Source: Coraliomargarita sp. (GTDB lineage Bacteria; Verrucomicrobiota; Verrucomicrobiia; Opitutales; Coraliomargaritaceae). Taken from it: a stretch of DNA of 64,000 nt. A program made the translations under genes and the position numbers. Shown here piece by piece: positions 29,479-39,560 of the stretch. Each line of letters begins with the position of its first letter. Position 1 is the first letter of the stretch. The notes under the pieces were generated by a model. The model was not told where the DNA came from. It worked only from the letters and a program-made list of their open reading frames with translations, and made no database searches. The DNA is taken from assembly GCA_965216325.1 (NCBI GenBank), contig OZ244160.1, positions 1,280,001-1,344,000 on the forward strand, in the 5' to 3' direction.

Positions 29479-29847
29479 CTATAAATCAGTATACTTATCG
29501 CTCCGACCCTTAGCTTTATCGACTGGATATTTTTCCGCATTGCGCAGCATTTTCTGCTGAATTGCTGCGGAGAGGTCGATTTTCGTAACATTGGCGAACT
29601 GGATCGCGAAAATAAAGATATCCGCCAGCTCTTCCTCGACCTTAGCTCGTAGCTGCGGATCTTGCATATCGACCCGCGACTGATCGGCCGACTGCCAGAG
29701 AAAGTGCTCCATCAACTCGGCCGCCTCGGCCGAAATCGCCATCGATAGGTTCTTCGGCGAATGAAACTGCTCCCAATCACGCTCCTGTGCGAACGCGAGA
29801 ACCCGATCTTTAATTTCCTGAAGTCGGGTTTCTGGGTCGCTCATCAT
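29479..29847 (-). CDS. MazG-like nucleotide pyrophosphohydrolase
   Basis: ERDWEQFHSPKNL, EAAELMEHF, EELAD, NAEKYP. Confidence 0.9.
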   Translation of the reverse strand: MMSDPETRLQEIKDRVLAFAQERDWEQFHSPKNLSMAISAEAAELMEHFLWQSADQSRVDMQDPQLRAKVEEELADIFIFAIQFANVTKIDLSAAIQQKMLRNAEKYPVDKAKGRSDKYTDL

Positions 29848-29864
29848 GTCGGAGATTGAATTGT

Positions 29865-30953
29865 TTAAAGGCTCAAGCGGATATGCCCCATACCAAAACC
29901 ACTCGCCGCGCCATACAAGAAGCATTCTTGGCCTGACCCAAGCTCCAGCTTGCCCTGATCCATCAACCAGCGCAGAGCCAGCGGAATCGCCGTGCTTGCG
30001 GTATTGCCGTAATGGTCTGCGGTAATCGTGACCTTCCTCGGGTCCATCTTCATTTCCTGGATGCTAACATCCTCAATCAATTTGCGGGAAATCTGGTGCG
30101 GCACAAAGAAATCCAAGCTTTGGTCGAAACTCGCTTCACCAAACTCGCTCTTTCGAATGTCCTCATACTCTTGAAAGTAGCGCAGGCTGTAGCTACGTGC
30201 GATCTTCGCAAGTGCCGACATATCCAAATAGAACCATGGATTCAGCGCACCACCATTGGCGCGCCAGTCTTCACGCTCAGGCACGTGACAAAGCTGCCAG
30301 TGTTCGCCAAAGCTCATCAGATTAATTTCAGAAATACCGACTTCGCCTTCAGCCGCCTCAATGAGCATGGCCGCACCCGCGTCGCCCAGAGTGAGCCCCC
30401 CCATTTTAAGGCGTAACTCACGCACATCTGCCACTTCACGATTACAGACGATACTGCCCAACTCACCACTGCAAACGATACAGCGCCGCGCCGCGCCAGT
30501 GGCGAGGAAACTGTTACAGACATTGATTGCCTGCAGGAAGGAGTTGCAGGCATTTGAAACATCAAAGGCGTTGACCACCTTCATGCCCAAACGCTCTTGG
30601 ATGATGTTTGCCGTTGCCGGCTCCATCATATCCATATCTGTGCTGGCAAAAATCAGTGTATCAACCGTCTTGAGATCCAGCCCCGTGCGCTTAACCAGAT
30701 CACACACAGCCGCTACCGCCAGATCAGAGGGAACCGTGCCTGCAGGCGCATAGACTCGATCGATATTACCTGTCGTGCGCTCAATAATATCGGGCAAATT
30801 GCGCTTGAGGCGCTCTGGTGCCTTTAGCGAAGCAGCAACATCCTTATTGCTGACCACCTGAGACGGGATCTCCACTCCGATGTCGACAATGCGTGAGATC
30901 GGCTTCTGGAAGCGCTGCATGCGCTCGAAATAATAGGTGTCTTTGATAGGCAA
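29865..30953 (-). CDS. KAS III / OleA-like condensing enzyme
   Basis: EPATA, FDVSNACNSF (Cys), PHQIS (His), YGNTAS (Asn); start may be 30920. Confidence 0.85.
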   Translation of the reverse strand: MPIKDTYYFERMQRFQKPISRIVDIGVEIPSQVVSNKDVAASLKAPERLKRNLPDIIERTTGNIDRVYAPAGTVPSDLAVAAVCDLVKRTGLDLKTVDTLIFASTDMDMMEPATANIIQERLGMKVVNAFDVSNACNSFLQAINVCNSFLATGAARRCIVCSGELGSIVCNREVADVRELRLKMGGLTLGDAGAAMLIEAAEGEVGISEINLMSFGEHWQLCHVPEREDWRANGGALNPWFYLDMSALAKIARSYSLRYFQEYEDIRKSEFGEASFDQSLDFFVPHQISRKLIEDVSIQEMKMDPRKVTITADHYGNTASTAIPLALRWLMDQGKLELGSGQECFLYGAASGFGMGHIRLSL

Positions 30954-31048
30954 ACTGGGTTAGCTTGTTGAGGAATTACATGCTTTCCCGCTGAATGGAA
31001 GTCGTTTTTTTCTCGCCAAGTCATATTTTGCCCAACCTTTTATCCGTG

Positions 31049-32167
31049 ATGCCGGAATCCTCCAACACAAGCAAAGCAAACGGTCTAAGCGTGACCTATT
31101 CCAGCTGGTTCGCCCGACTCTTCTTAAAGTCGATTTACGACAATCAGTGGGTCATTCCGGAACCCTTGCCAAAACCGATCAGCGGCTTTTTGAAGTGGTA
31201 TGAGCAACGGATGAACGTCGACACCAGCGGCATCGAGATCGACCGCCCGATCTTTATTATTTCGCTGCCGCGCTGCGGCTCGTCGATGCTGCAAGACCTG
31301 CTCTGCACACATCCACAACTCGCCTACACCACCAACATCATGGATATCTGCCGCCCCTCTTGTTGTGCGGCAGAGCACTTACGCAAGAAATTCGGGGTCA
31401 ACATCTCCGGCGAGCGCTTCCTGAAGGATAGTGTAGTCGTCGACGGAGGGAGCCCCGCTGACCCAGTCGCGACCTGGGCGGACTTTTTTGGCGAGGACTA
31501 TTTTGAAATCAACGATCAGGTTCCGGACTTCGAGCGCCTAAGTGCCGAGCAAATTACAACCATTCGGGAGAGTATCAAACGGGTGCTCTGGAGCTTTGGA
31601 GGCAGTGAGCAGCGCTTCTTTTGCAAGACCCCGATGCTCCTACCCTACCTGGGCGTCCTCAATCAGCTCTTTCCGGATGCCAAGTTCATCCACCTACTGC
31701 GCGACCCACGACAAGGCGCGAACTCGATGGTCAAGATCCACAAGATCTGCAATGAGAAGCTCCATGAAATCCGCCAGCGCCAGCGACGCCCAGCACCAGA
31801 GGAGCCCTTCATCCCCTATCCCCGCCTGCCCGAACTCAGCGGCTATCTAAAAGACTATGGCCCAGAGGACGTGCGCACCACCGCACACTTGTGGAATGAT
31901 GCCATCGATACAATCGATACCCATCGCGAACACCTAAAGAATTTCTACGAGATTCGCTATGAGGACATCCTCGCCGCACCCGCCGAGCAAATGGCAAAAC
32001 TCTTCGACTTCTGTGAACTCCCACAACCGGGTGCCGACAACAGCGCCTTCCATGAAAAGCTTTCGGGCGTCGGCGTGGTGCACCACACCAATCGCTATGG
32101 AAACTTCCAAATTATCGAGGACGTCTGCCGCACAAAAATGCAACGCTTCAGCTACCTAAACCAATAA
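31049..32167 (+). CDS. Sulfotransferase
   Basis: RPIFIISLPRCGSSML, FPDAKFIHLLRDP, IRYED. Confidence 0.9.
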   Translation: MPESSNTSKANGLSVTYSSWFARLFLKSIYDNQWVIPEPLPKPISGFLKWYEQRMNVDTSGIEIDRPIFIISLPRCGSSMLQDLLCTHPQLAYTTNIMDICRPSCCAAEHLRKKFGVNISGERFLKDSVVVDGGSPADPVATWADFFGEDYFEINDQVPDFERLSAEQITTIRESIKRVLWSFGGSEQRFFCKTPMLLPYLGVLNQLFPDAKFIHLLRDPRQGANSMVKIHKICNEKLHEIRQRQRRPAPEEPFIPYPRLPELSGYLKDYGPEDVRTTAHLWNDAIDTIDTHREHLKNFYEIRYEDILAAPAEQMAKLFDFCELPQPGADNSAFHEKLSGVGVVHHTNRYGNFQIIEDVCRTKMQRFSYLNQ

Positions 32168-32170
32168 GAG

Positions 32171-32968
32171 ATGCCTATGAATCGTAAACTCCCTGAGTTC
32201 TCGACTCTGGTGATCACCGGAGGCTCCTCTGGCATCGGCCTAGGCATTTTGGAAACCTTTCTGCGTGAGTATCCCAGGGCTCAGGCAATTAGCCTGTCGC
32301 GTAACGCACCGAAGTTGCAGAAAGATCAAGAACGCGTGCACCACATAACCGCCGACTTGGCGGATCCGCGCTCACGAACCGATGCGATTCAACAACTCCT
32401 CGATCATCTCGAAGCTCACACCCACGGTCCAATACTATTGGTGAATAACAGTGGCATCGGAACCCACGAACCCGTCCAAACGAGCGACCGGAAAATACAG
32501 CTCAAAACGATCGACCTCAACATCTCGGGCACCGTGCACCTGAGCACCACGCTGCTGCCCACACTTCTGGAACGGGGCGGATGGCTCACCACCACCTGCT
32601 CCACCAGCGCCTTTCAGCCCATCCCGGAAATGACCACCTACGGCGCGACCAAGTGCTTCTTACTCCACTGGACACTCGCACTGGGCAACGAACTGCGCGG
32701 CAGCAAGGTGCGCACACTGGCGCTCTGCCCCGGACTCACCGAAACCCCGTTCATCCCACAAGCTGGCTTTGAAAAGCCCGTGCGCGCTCCCTGGGGAGTG
32801 CAAACGGTGAATGAGGTAGTGCAGAGCTTTTACCACGGCCTCAGTCACGGCCGATCGATGGTCATCTCCGGACGACGCAACTGGGTGGTCGCACAGATTT
32901 CATCCATTGCGCCACTTTGGCTCTCCACTCGCGTTGCCGGTTGGCTCATGCGCTACGCCAAGGCCTAG
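32171..32968 (+). CDS. Short-chain dehydrogenase/reductase
   Basis: TGGSSGIG, VNNSG, YGATK, LCPG. Confidence 0.92.
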   Translation: MPMNRKLPEFSTLVITGGSSGIGLGILETFLREYPRAQAISLSRNAPKLQKDQERVHHITADLADPRSRTDAIQQLLDHLEAHTHGPILLVNNSGIGTHEPVQTSDRKIQLKTIDLNISGTVHLSTTLLPTLLERGGWLTTTCSTSAFQPIPEMTTYGATKCFLLHWTLALGNELRGSKVRTLALCPGLTETPFIPQAGFEKPVRAPWGVQTVNEVVQSFYHGLSHGRSMVISGRRNWVVAQISSIAPLWLSTRVAGWLMRYAKA

Positions 32969-33060
32969 AAAGCCGACAATCTGTCTCGACCTGCTCACAT
33001 TTTTTTTAAATATTCAACAGCATACCAAGCACCCTTAAGCGAATCCTTACCTAACCTGCC

Positions 33061-35529
33061 ATGAAATATACAGCTGCCAGCACTGGCCTGCTCGCGATTG
33101 CAAGTATCGCCTCATCGATCGCACACGCCGAAGACCCACTCCTTAGCTATAAGGCCGAAATCATCGCCAAAGCACAACCGGATGAGTGCTTTTACGACCT
33201 CTATGACCCCGAAGTCCAAGGCAGCGGCGAGAACATTTACGAAAAGAGCGGAATCGATTGTGAGGACTGCATCAACGGCGGCGGACAACCTAAGATCAAT
33301 CAGGCCTATGTCTGGGGCATGACCCGCAAGGACAACTATCTGTGGTATGGCACGGGGCCCAATGTCAACCGACTCGTGAGCGGCGTATATTATGGCGCTG
33401 AAGATGGAAGCGTTGTAAACAGCCGTGGAATCAATTTCAGTGTGGCCGAATACGCTGACAGCAAGTTCGTGCGAGATGGTGTTTTCGATGTCGAGCAACA
33501 AGTCGGCATCAACGGCGACCTCGGCTACAGTGCCAATCCCGGCGTTGGTGACTGGCGTCCACCAGACGCCTACCGTTTCAACCTCGATACCGAGACGCAG
33601 GAAAACCTGTATGACAACATGGACAAGAGCGAGAAAGAGTGGTTATGGAAAACGCTCGGCCTTCGCTCAGCCGGATACAGCGCCCCGAATACGACGCATA
33701 CCAGCGGATTGGTTTTTCTCGCAGGCCCCAGCATCACTGCCACCGATGACAATGGAGACGGCGTCATCATGTTCGCCTTCGATGCCAACACCGCTGACTG
33801 CGTCGGCGCGCAAAGCTTCCCGACTTACACCAACATCCGCAAATGGAAGCATTATAACGGTCAACTTTACACCGCGATCGCAACCGATAATGGAACTGGC
33901 CAAGTGCTCCGCTGGGTCAATGATCCGAACGACGCGGCATATCCCTTTGAGTTCGAAATCATTGGCAATCTAAATGCAGGCGGTGCTGAACTCGAGGTGC
34001 ACGATGACGGAACAGGTCCACGCCTTTTTGTGAACACTTGGCCAGGAATTGAAGGCAACTTAGACATCGGTGGCGATGTGACTACGATTCAAAACCTAAT
34101 CAACGCACCTGCTGGGCTATGGCGTAGTCCGGTTACCATCGATTCCTTGAATACAAGCCATGCCAACAGCTGGCAACTGGTCTGGAGTGTCGCTGACTAC
34201 GAACCCGACCTAGTTATTGGCTTACACTACGGTGGTGGCGCAATGGCTTCATTCGATGGACACCTCTACTGGGGAACCATGCACGTGCCCGGCACCGCAA
34301 GTTTAGCACATACGATTGGCTATGGCCCAACGCCTGCACCATTGCCACGCCCCGATCCGTATCCCGAGGATCCGAATGATCCTGAGCGCCTAGCTTACGA
34401 AGCTGACGTTCAACGCTGGCGTGCCGAACGTTACGAAGACTTTGTAAACTCCTACCGCGCGATTTCCATCTGGCGCGGCACGAATTTTACCAACAGCGGC
34501 GGTGATATAGACCTACTTTACGGAAACGAAAGCATGCCAGTGCGAATGGAGCGCAGTGTGTTCATGGAAAACAATGACCCACGCGGCACATTCAACAATC
34601 TCTACGGCACTTTCTTTGCCGACAATGTTGGGAATTTACGCAATGTAGCGGACAACACCGATTTCTTTGTCTGGATCTTAAAGGGCACAGTCGTCGACGG
34701 TGGCGACTGGGGCAACGAAGGCGACCCTAACACCGAAGACTCGACGCAACTCGTCCAGAACGTGAGCGGCTTCATTCCGCTCCATGGATCCGAAGGCATC
34801 AGCGAAGCCACTAATAACTATACGTGGACTATGCAGGTTTTCAACGGTAAGCTCTATATCGGAACCATGGATTGGGGCGACCTCAGCAGCCCGGATGACT
34901 TCCCTGGATCTACAGACGGCGCCGACCTTTACTGCATTGCAGCGGCAAACGAGCCTGCTGTAGCAATCACCAAGCACGGTATGGCCAATTGGTCCAGCTA
35001 TGGTGTCCGCACAATTGCAGCAGACGACGACCGCGGCGAACTCTACCTCGGCATGGCGAACGTGCACAATTTGCTCAGCACCAAAGTTGGTGACCCGGAA
35101 GATGGCGGCTGGGAAATTCAGCGAGTCACGCAACGCTTCACGGATGAGGATTTCGATGAACTCGATGACGAATGGGAAGCACTCCACTTCGGCAACACTG
35201 CGTCTGCAACCAGCACCAGTAGCAATACCGACGGCGACCCACTCACCGATGTTGAAGAATGGCTGGCTGGCACCGACCCGAACGACCCCAAGAGCTTCTT
35301 CTTTAAAGTTCTCGAAGAGGGCACGTCCGAAGGGATGCAGCAGATCGAATGGCCATCCATCCCGAATCGCTACTACACCGTCTGCGAGACTGACGACCTA
35401 AACGGCACCTGGAGTCCGGTCGCGACTTTCGAGGGCGATCCTGACAGCGATCCACTGACCTACGAATTTGATCCATCCCTGACGGATGCTAAATTCTTCA
35501 AAGTGATCATCACACCCGATGCGCCTTAG
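33061..35529 (+). CDS. Large secreted protein with Asp-rich Ca-binding-like repeats near the C-terminus
   Basis: Signal peptide; repeated LYxGT motifs (propeller-like, inferred); DEDFDELDDEWE and DGDPLTDVEEWLAGTDPND. Confidence 0.75.
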   Translation: MKYTAASTGLLAIASIASSIAHAEDPLLSYKAEIIAKAQPDECFYDLYDPEVQGSGENIYEKSGIDCEDCINGGGQPKINQAYVWGMTRKDNYLWYGTGPNVNRLVSGVYYGAEDGSVVNSRGINFSVAEYADSKFVRDGVFDVEQQVGINGDLGYSANPGVGDWRPPDAYRFNLDTETQENLYDNMDKSEKEWLWKTLGLRSAGYSAPNTTHTSGLVFLAGPSITATDDNGDGVIMFAFDANTADCVGAQSFPTYTNIRKWKHYNGQLYTAIATDNGTGQVLRWVNDPNDAAYPFEFEIIGNLNAGGAELEVHDDGTGPRLFVNTWPGIEGNLDIGGDVTTIQNLINAPAGLWRSPVTIDSLNTSHANSWQLVWSVADYEPDLVIGLHYGGGAMASFDGHLYWGTMHVPGTASLAHTIGYGPTPAPLPRPDPYPEDPNDPERLAYEADVQRWRAERYEDFVNSYRAISIWRGTNFTNSGGDIDLLYGNESMPVRMERSVFMENNDPRGTFNNLYGTFFADNVGNLRNVADNTDFFVWILKGTVVDGGDWGNEGDPNTEDSTQLVQNVSGFIPLHGSEGISEATNNYTWTMQVFNGKLYIGTMDWGDLSSPDDFPGSTDGADLYCIAAANEPAVAITKHGMANWSSYGVRTIAADDDRGELYLGMANVHNLLSTKVGDPEDGGWEIQRVTQRFTDEDFDELDDEWEALHFGNTASATSTSSNTDGDPLTDVEEWLAGTDPNDPKSFFFKVLEEGTSEGMQQIEWPSIPNRYYTVCETDDLNGTWSPVATFEGDPDSDPLTYEFDPSLTDAKFFKVIITPDAP

Positions 35530-35545
35530 TGCTTCGCGCTAATCA

Positions 35546-36232
35546 ATGGCACTGATCGAACTTAGAGATGTCTCCCGGTCCTATCTACTCGGCGAAACCC
35601 GAGTGGAGGCCCTCAAGTCGATCAACCTGAACATTGACTCTGGCGAATTTACCGCTCTCTGGGGGCCATCCGGATCCGGAAAGTCATCGCTCTGCCACTT
35701 AATCGGCGCGATTGACCGACCGGACTCGGGAACCGTTTCCATCAACGGCAAAGACCTCAAGACTTTATCTGATGATGCTCTTTCATCCCACCGTAATCGC
35801 TCAGTGGGATTCATTTTTCAGAGCTTCAATTTGGTCAACGTGCTATCCGCACTAGAGAATGTGTTGCTTCCCCTGCAGCTACGTGGCTCTTTTGGGAAAC
35901 GTGACAGCGAGCAGGCCCGCGAACTACTCACCGAGCTAGGACTGGGAAAACATCTCACACACCGCCCAGATAAGCTTTCCGGTGGCCAGCGCCAACGCGT
36001 CGCCATTGCACGAGCACTAATCACCGAAGCACCCATCATCGTTGCCGACGAGCCCACGGCCAATCTTGACTCAGTCAACGCGGAGCAAATCCTTGAAAGC
36101 ATGCGTGGGTTCAATCGCGACCGGGGCACCACCTTCGTCTTTGCGACTCACGACCCGCGACTTCTGGAACAAGCCAACCGTAGAATACAACTCTGCGACG
36201 GCACCATCGAAGAGGACCTCAGCCGAGCATGA
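35546..36232 (+). CDS. ABC ATPase, LolD/MacB-like
   Basis: [34 protein letters not shown]. Confidence 0.93.
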   Translation: MALIELRDVSRSYLLGETRVEALKSINLNIDSGEFTALWGPSGSGKSSLCHLIGAIDRPDSGTVSINGKDLKTLSDDALSSHRNRSVGFIFQSFNLVNVLSALENVLLPLQLRGSFGKRDSEQARELLTELGLGKHLTHRPDKLSGGQRQRVAIARALITEAPIIVADEPTANLDSVNAEQILESMRGFNRDRGTTFVFATHDPRLLEQANRRIQLCDGTIEEDLSRA

Positions 36233-37479
36233 AGATGTGGTTCACTCTAGGCCTGCGAAGCCTGTTAAAGAATCGGCGCCGCTCTTGCTTTACTATCGGA
36301 GCGGTCGCCTTCGGCTTTGCTGCGGTGAACGTGATCGGCGGCTTTATGAACTACGTCTTCCGTGGACTGGAGGAATCGTATGTCTACGCTTTTGGCAATG
36401 CACACCTAACCATCTTCAAGCAAGGCTTCCAAACCGAAGGAAAACTGGAGCCCTCCAATTACCTAATCGACGAAACCAGTCTGCATGCTATCCTCGCAGA
36501 GTGTCAGCAGATTGACGAAGTCTTACTCGCGACTCCTCAAGTTCAAGTCACTGGCCTACTGAGTAATGGCGATGTCTCAACGATCATGGTGGCTCAGGGC
36601 ATCGTGCCCGACGACGCAAAGTTCATCCGGGAGCAGGCTTCGGGTTTTATGAGGAACCTCGAAATGTTTACTGGCGAGGAACTCAGGAACGCCGAAGAAG
36701 CATATATCAGCGTCGCATACGGTTTGGCAGAGAAACTGCACCTGAACCAGGACTCCGATGTCATCACGGTCGCAACCACTGTTGAAGGCTATATGAATGC
36801 GATGGACGCCACCGTCGTGCAGCTTCAAGACGCACCGCTTGAAATCCTAGATGAGATGCTCGTCACCGTGCCCTTCAGCTTTGCACAAGAACTCTATGGA
36901 ACTCAAGGTGCGGATCGCATCTTAATTCTACTGAAGAAAGGACAAGGTCTGGAGGCCATGCGCTCGCGCCTAGAACGTCAGCTACAAGCATCTGGATATG
37001 AGGTCGAAGTCGTCAGCTGGAAGGATTTGCGCGTCTCCTACCGTCGCATCAAAAGCATGTTCAACGTGCTCTTCGCCTTCGTGTTCTCAGTGGTCGCTTT
37101 AATTGTCGCTCTCAGTATTATCAACACGATCAGTATGGCAGTTATGGAGCGCACTCGCGAGATCGGGACCCTTCGCGCACTCGGCCTCAAGCAGCAGGGT
37201 GTCATACTGTTGTTCAGTATTGAAAGTATGCTGCTTGGAACGATTGGAACCCTGATTGGTCTAGGTATACATACAGGCACGCTACTACTCGTTCAAGCGA
37301 TCCACCCCACGTGGATACCACCGAATATTCCAAAACGTGTGCCATGGGAAATCGCCTGGGCACCCAACTTTCTCATTGTCACCGCAATCTGCATGGTGCT
37401 CCTATCTATCTTCGCAGCCGTTATTCCATCACGCAAAGCGAGCCAGATGGAAATTATCGACGCTCTCGGCCACGTATAG
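36229..37479 (+). CDS. ABC permease, FtsX/LolC-E-like
   Basis: TM1, periplasmic domain, ERTREIGTLRALG, 3 TMs. Confidence 0.9.
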   Translation: MKMWFTLGLRSLLKNRRRSCFTIGAVAFGFAAVNVIGGFMNYVFRGLEESYVYAFGNAHLTIFKQGFQTEGKLEPSNYLIDETSLHAILAECQQIDEVLLATPQVQVTGLLSNGDVSTIMVAQGIVPDDAKFIREQASGFMRNLEMFTGEELRNAEEAYISVAYGLAEKLHLNQDSDVITVATTVEGYMNAMDATVVQLQDAPLEILDEMLVTVPFSFAQELYGTQGADRILILLKKGQGLEAMRSRLERQLQASGYEVEVVSWKDLRVSYRRIKSMFNVLFAFVFSVVALIVALSIINTISMAVMERTREIGTLRALGLKQQGVILLFSIESMLLGTIGTLIGLGIHTGTLLLVQAIHPTWIPPNIPKRVPWEIAWAPNFLIVTAICMVLLSIFAAVIPSRKASQMEIIDALGHV

Positions 37480-37497
37480 CCAGCACACAGAATCACT

Positions 37498-38244
37498 ATG
37501 AGACACCGCTTGAAAATCTGCTTCCTACTTTGCGCTGCACTCTTCAGTCAGGTCGCGAGCGCGAGCACACTCAGCCACACCGAGATTCTGGCCAAATGCG
37601 ATGCTGCCCGCGGAAATATGGAAGGCGTCGAGTGGGAAGTGAGCGTCAAAGAAGAATCCGTGGGCAAAAGTGACGAGCGCCGCATTCATGTTCAGGCAAA
37701 AGGCTTCGATATGGTCGCTGAGACCTTGGCACCACCGCGCCAGAAGCAGCACAAGTTGCTGCTCGTGAAAAATAATATGTGGTTCTATAAGCCCGGACTC
37801 AGCAAACCGGTCCCCGTTTCCCTGCGCCAAAAACTAACTGGCCAAGCTGCCAACGGAGATATTGCGTCGACCAACTACGCGAAGGACTACGAGATATTGA
37901 GCACCTCAGCGGCTGAGCACAACGGAGAAGCCTGCACTCTCTATGAGCTGAAAGCGACTAGTAAATCGGTCAGCTATGCACGCATCCACTACTGGGTCTC
38001 CAAGGAACGGCATGTTGGCCTACGCGCAGACTACTACAATGCATCCGGTAGCAAGCGCCTGAAGACTGCAACCATGCGTTACGAGAATGAAGTCGAGCTT
38101 GAGGGCCAACACCGCCCATTCATTTCCGAAATGGAGATTGCCGACACGGCAACCTCCGACACCGTCACACGCTTAAGCTTTTCCAAGCCAAAGCTCGGCA
38201 AGATCTCACCGCGGGCATTCAACCTGCAAGCGCTGACGCGTTAA
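37498..38244 (+). CDS. LolA-like periplasmic protein (outer membrane lipoprotein-sorting family)
   Basis: Signal peptide, NMWFYKP, RQKLTGQAANGDIA; context. Confidence 0.8.
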   Translation: MRHRLKICFLLCAALFSQVASASTLSHTEILAKCDAARGNMEGVEWEVSVKEESVGKSDERRIHVQAKGFDMVAETLAPPRQKQHKLLLVKNNMWFYKPGLSKPVPVSLRQKLTGQAANGDIASTNYAKDYEILSTSAAEHNGEACTLYELKATSKSVSYARIHYWVSKERHVGLRADYYNASGSKRLKTATMRYENEVELEGQHRPFISEMEIADTATSDTVTRLSFSKPKLGKISPRAFNLQALTR

Positions 38245-38270
38245 CAAACAACCAGACTGCAACCGACTAC

Positions 38271-39482
38271 ATGAAGCGACTTAGCCTACTGGCACTAATC
38301 GCCGCACATACAAGCGCATATAGCAACAATGCCCTACTAGACTGGTGGGATGAGCATGGCGACTTCACCATTCGCAACTTAAGCTCAGCATTCGCTCAGC
38401 AGCCAGCCGAAATCCCGCTCTATGAAGGCTTGGGATTTTTACTGGGCACCGAGAGTGACAACATCCTGAACCTTCCCGGCTACAGTCTCGTCAACGAATT
38501 TCGCCCCGAAGCCAGCATCAGCTACGAGCACGCCTTCTTGGAAGTGAAACCGCGCTTCGTCGCGCGCCGTGACTATTTTCGCGAAGGTGAATTCGATGGC
38601 AGCGAAGCCAGCGACGACGAATTCTATATCTATGAATGGGTCGCACAATTCTTCCTCACACCGGAGCTATCGATTTCTTATGGTCGTGAAGACCTGCAAT
38701 GGGGGCCCTCGTTCTTACTCTCACCCTCGAACCCCTTCGATAGTGACAACGGCCGTTCAGAACCGAAAGCCGAAGTGGATAGCGCTGATTACGCGAAAGT
38801 CATCTGGACACCAAACTTTAATTGGACGGTCTCAGCTATCGTCAATACCGATGACGGCCGTAAAGACTATCGTATCGATGACCGGCTCCGCCAAGACTTC
38901 CGCGACATCTATGCGCTCAAAGTCGACTACCTCTTTGAACGCGGCAACGCAGCGGTCATTGCCTCGACGACTGACAGCGCGGAAGACATAGATGAGCGAC
39001 TCGGTTATTACATCAGCTACAACCTTACGGATGCATGGATCGGCTACAGTGAAGGCAGCCTATCAAGCGAAGACGAAGAGCTCCTTCTTGGAGCCAGCTA
39101 CACCTTCCAGAGCGGCCTGAGCGTTGCTGCGGAATATTTCTACAATTCCAGTGGAATCGATGATGATATACCCGAAACTGTTTTTGGACTGATCGATCTG
39201 GGCGATTACCTCACCTCCTTGCCAAATCGCGAAACGTTCTTCCGTGAGCATTACGCGCTGCTGCAGATCTACCAAAACGACGTGTATCGAAGCTTAGATC
39301 TGCTCCTGCGTTATACGCACAATATTGACGACAAATCGAACAGCTTGCTCGGCCATGCCGAATACGACCTAAACGATTACGTTCAATTATTCACCTCTGC
39401 GACTCTGAATAGCAACGGAGGAGGTGAACTCGATAGCCTGAGAGAATACTGGGTGCAGATCGGCGTTGAATTCAGCTACTAG
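38271..39482 (+). CDS. Putative outer-membrane beta-barrel protein
   Basis: Signal peptide, alternating beta strands, C-terminal VQIGVEFSY. Confidence 0.7.
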   Translation: MKRLSLLALIAAHTSAYSNNALLDWWDEHGDFTIRNLSSAFAQQPAEIPLYEGLGFLLGTESDNILNLPGYSLVNEFRPEASISYEHAFLEVKPRFVARRDYFREGEFDGSEASDDEFYIYEWVAQFFLTPELSISYGREDLQWGPSFLLSPSNPFDSDNGRSEPKAEVDSADYAKVIWTPNFNWTVSAIVNTDDGRKDYRIDDRLRQDFRDIYALKVDYLFERGNAAVIASTTDSAEDIDERLGYYISYNLTDAWIGYSEGSLSSEDEELLLGASYTFQSGLSVAAEYFYNSSGIDDDIPETVFGLIDLGDYLTSLPNRETFFREHYALLQIYQNDVYRSLDLLLRYTHNIDDKSNSLLGHAEYDLNDYVQLFTSATLNSNGGGELDSLREYWVQIGVEFSY

Positions 39483-39560
39483 GGCACGAATCACCAGCTG
39501 TCAAATTGTAGATGACATGGGCGTTTATCAGGAGCACGGAAGTGCTATGATGATAAACTT

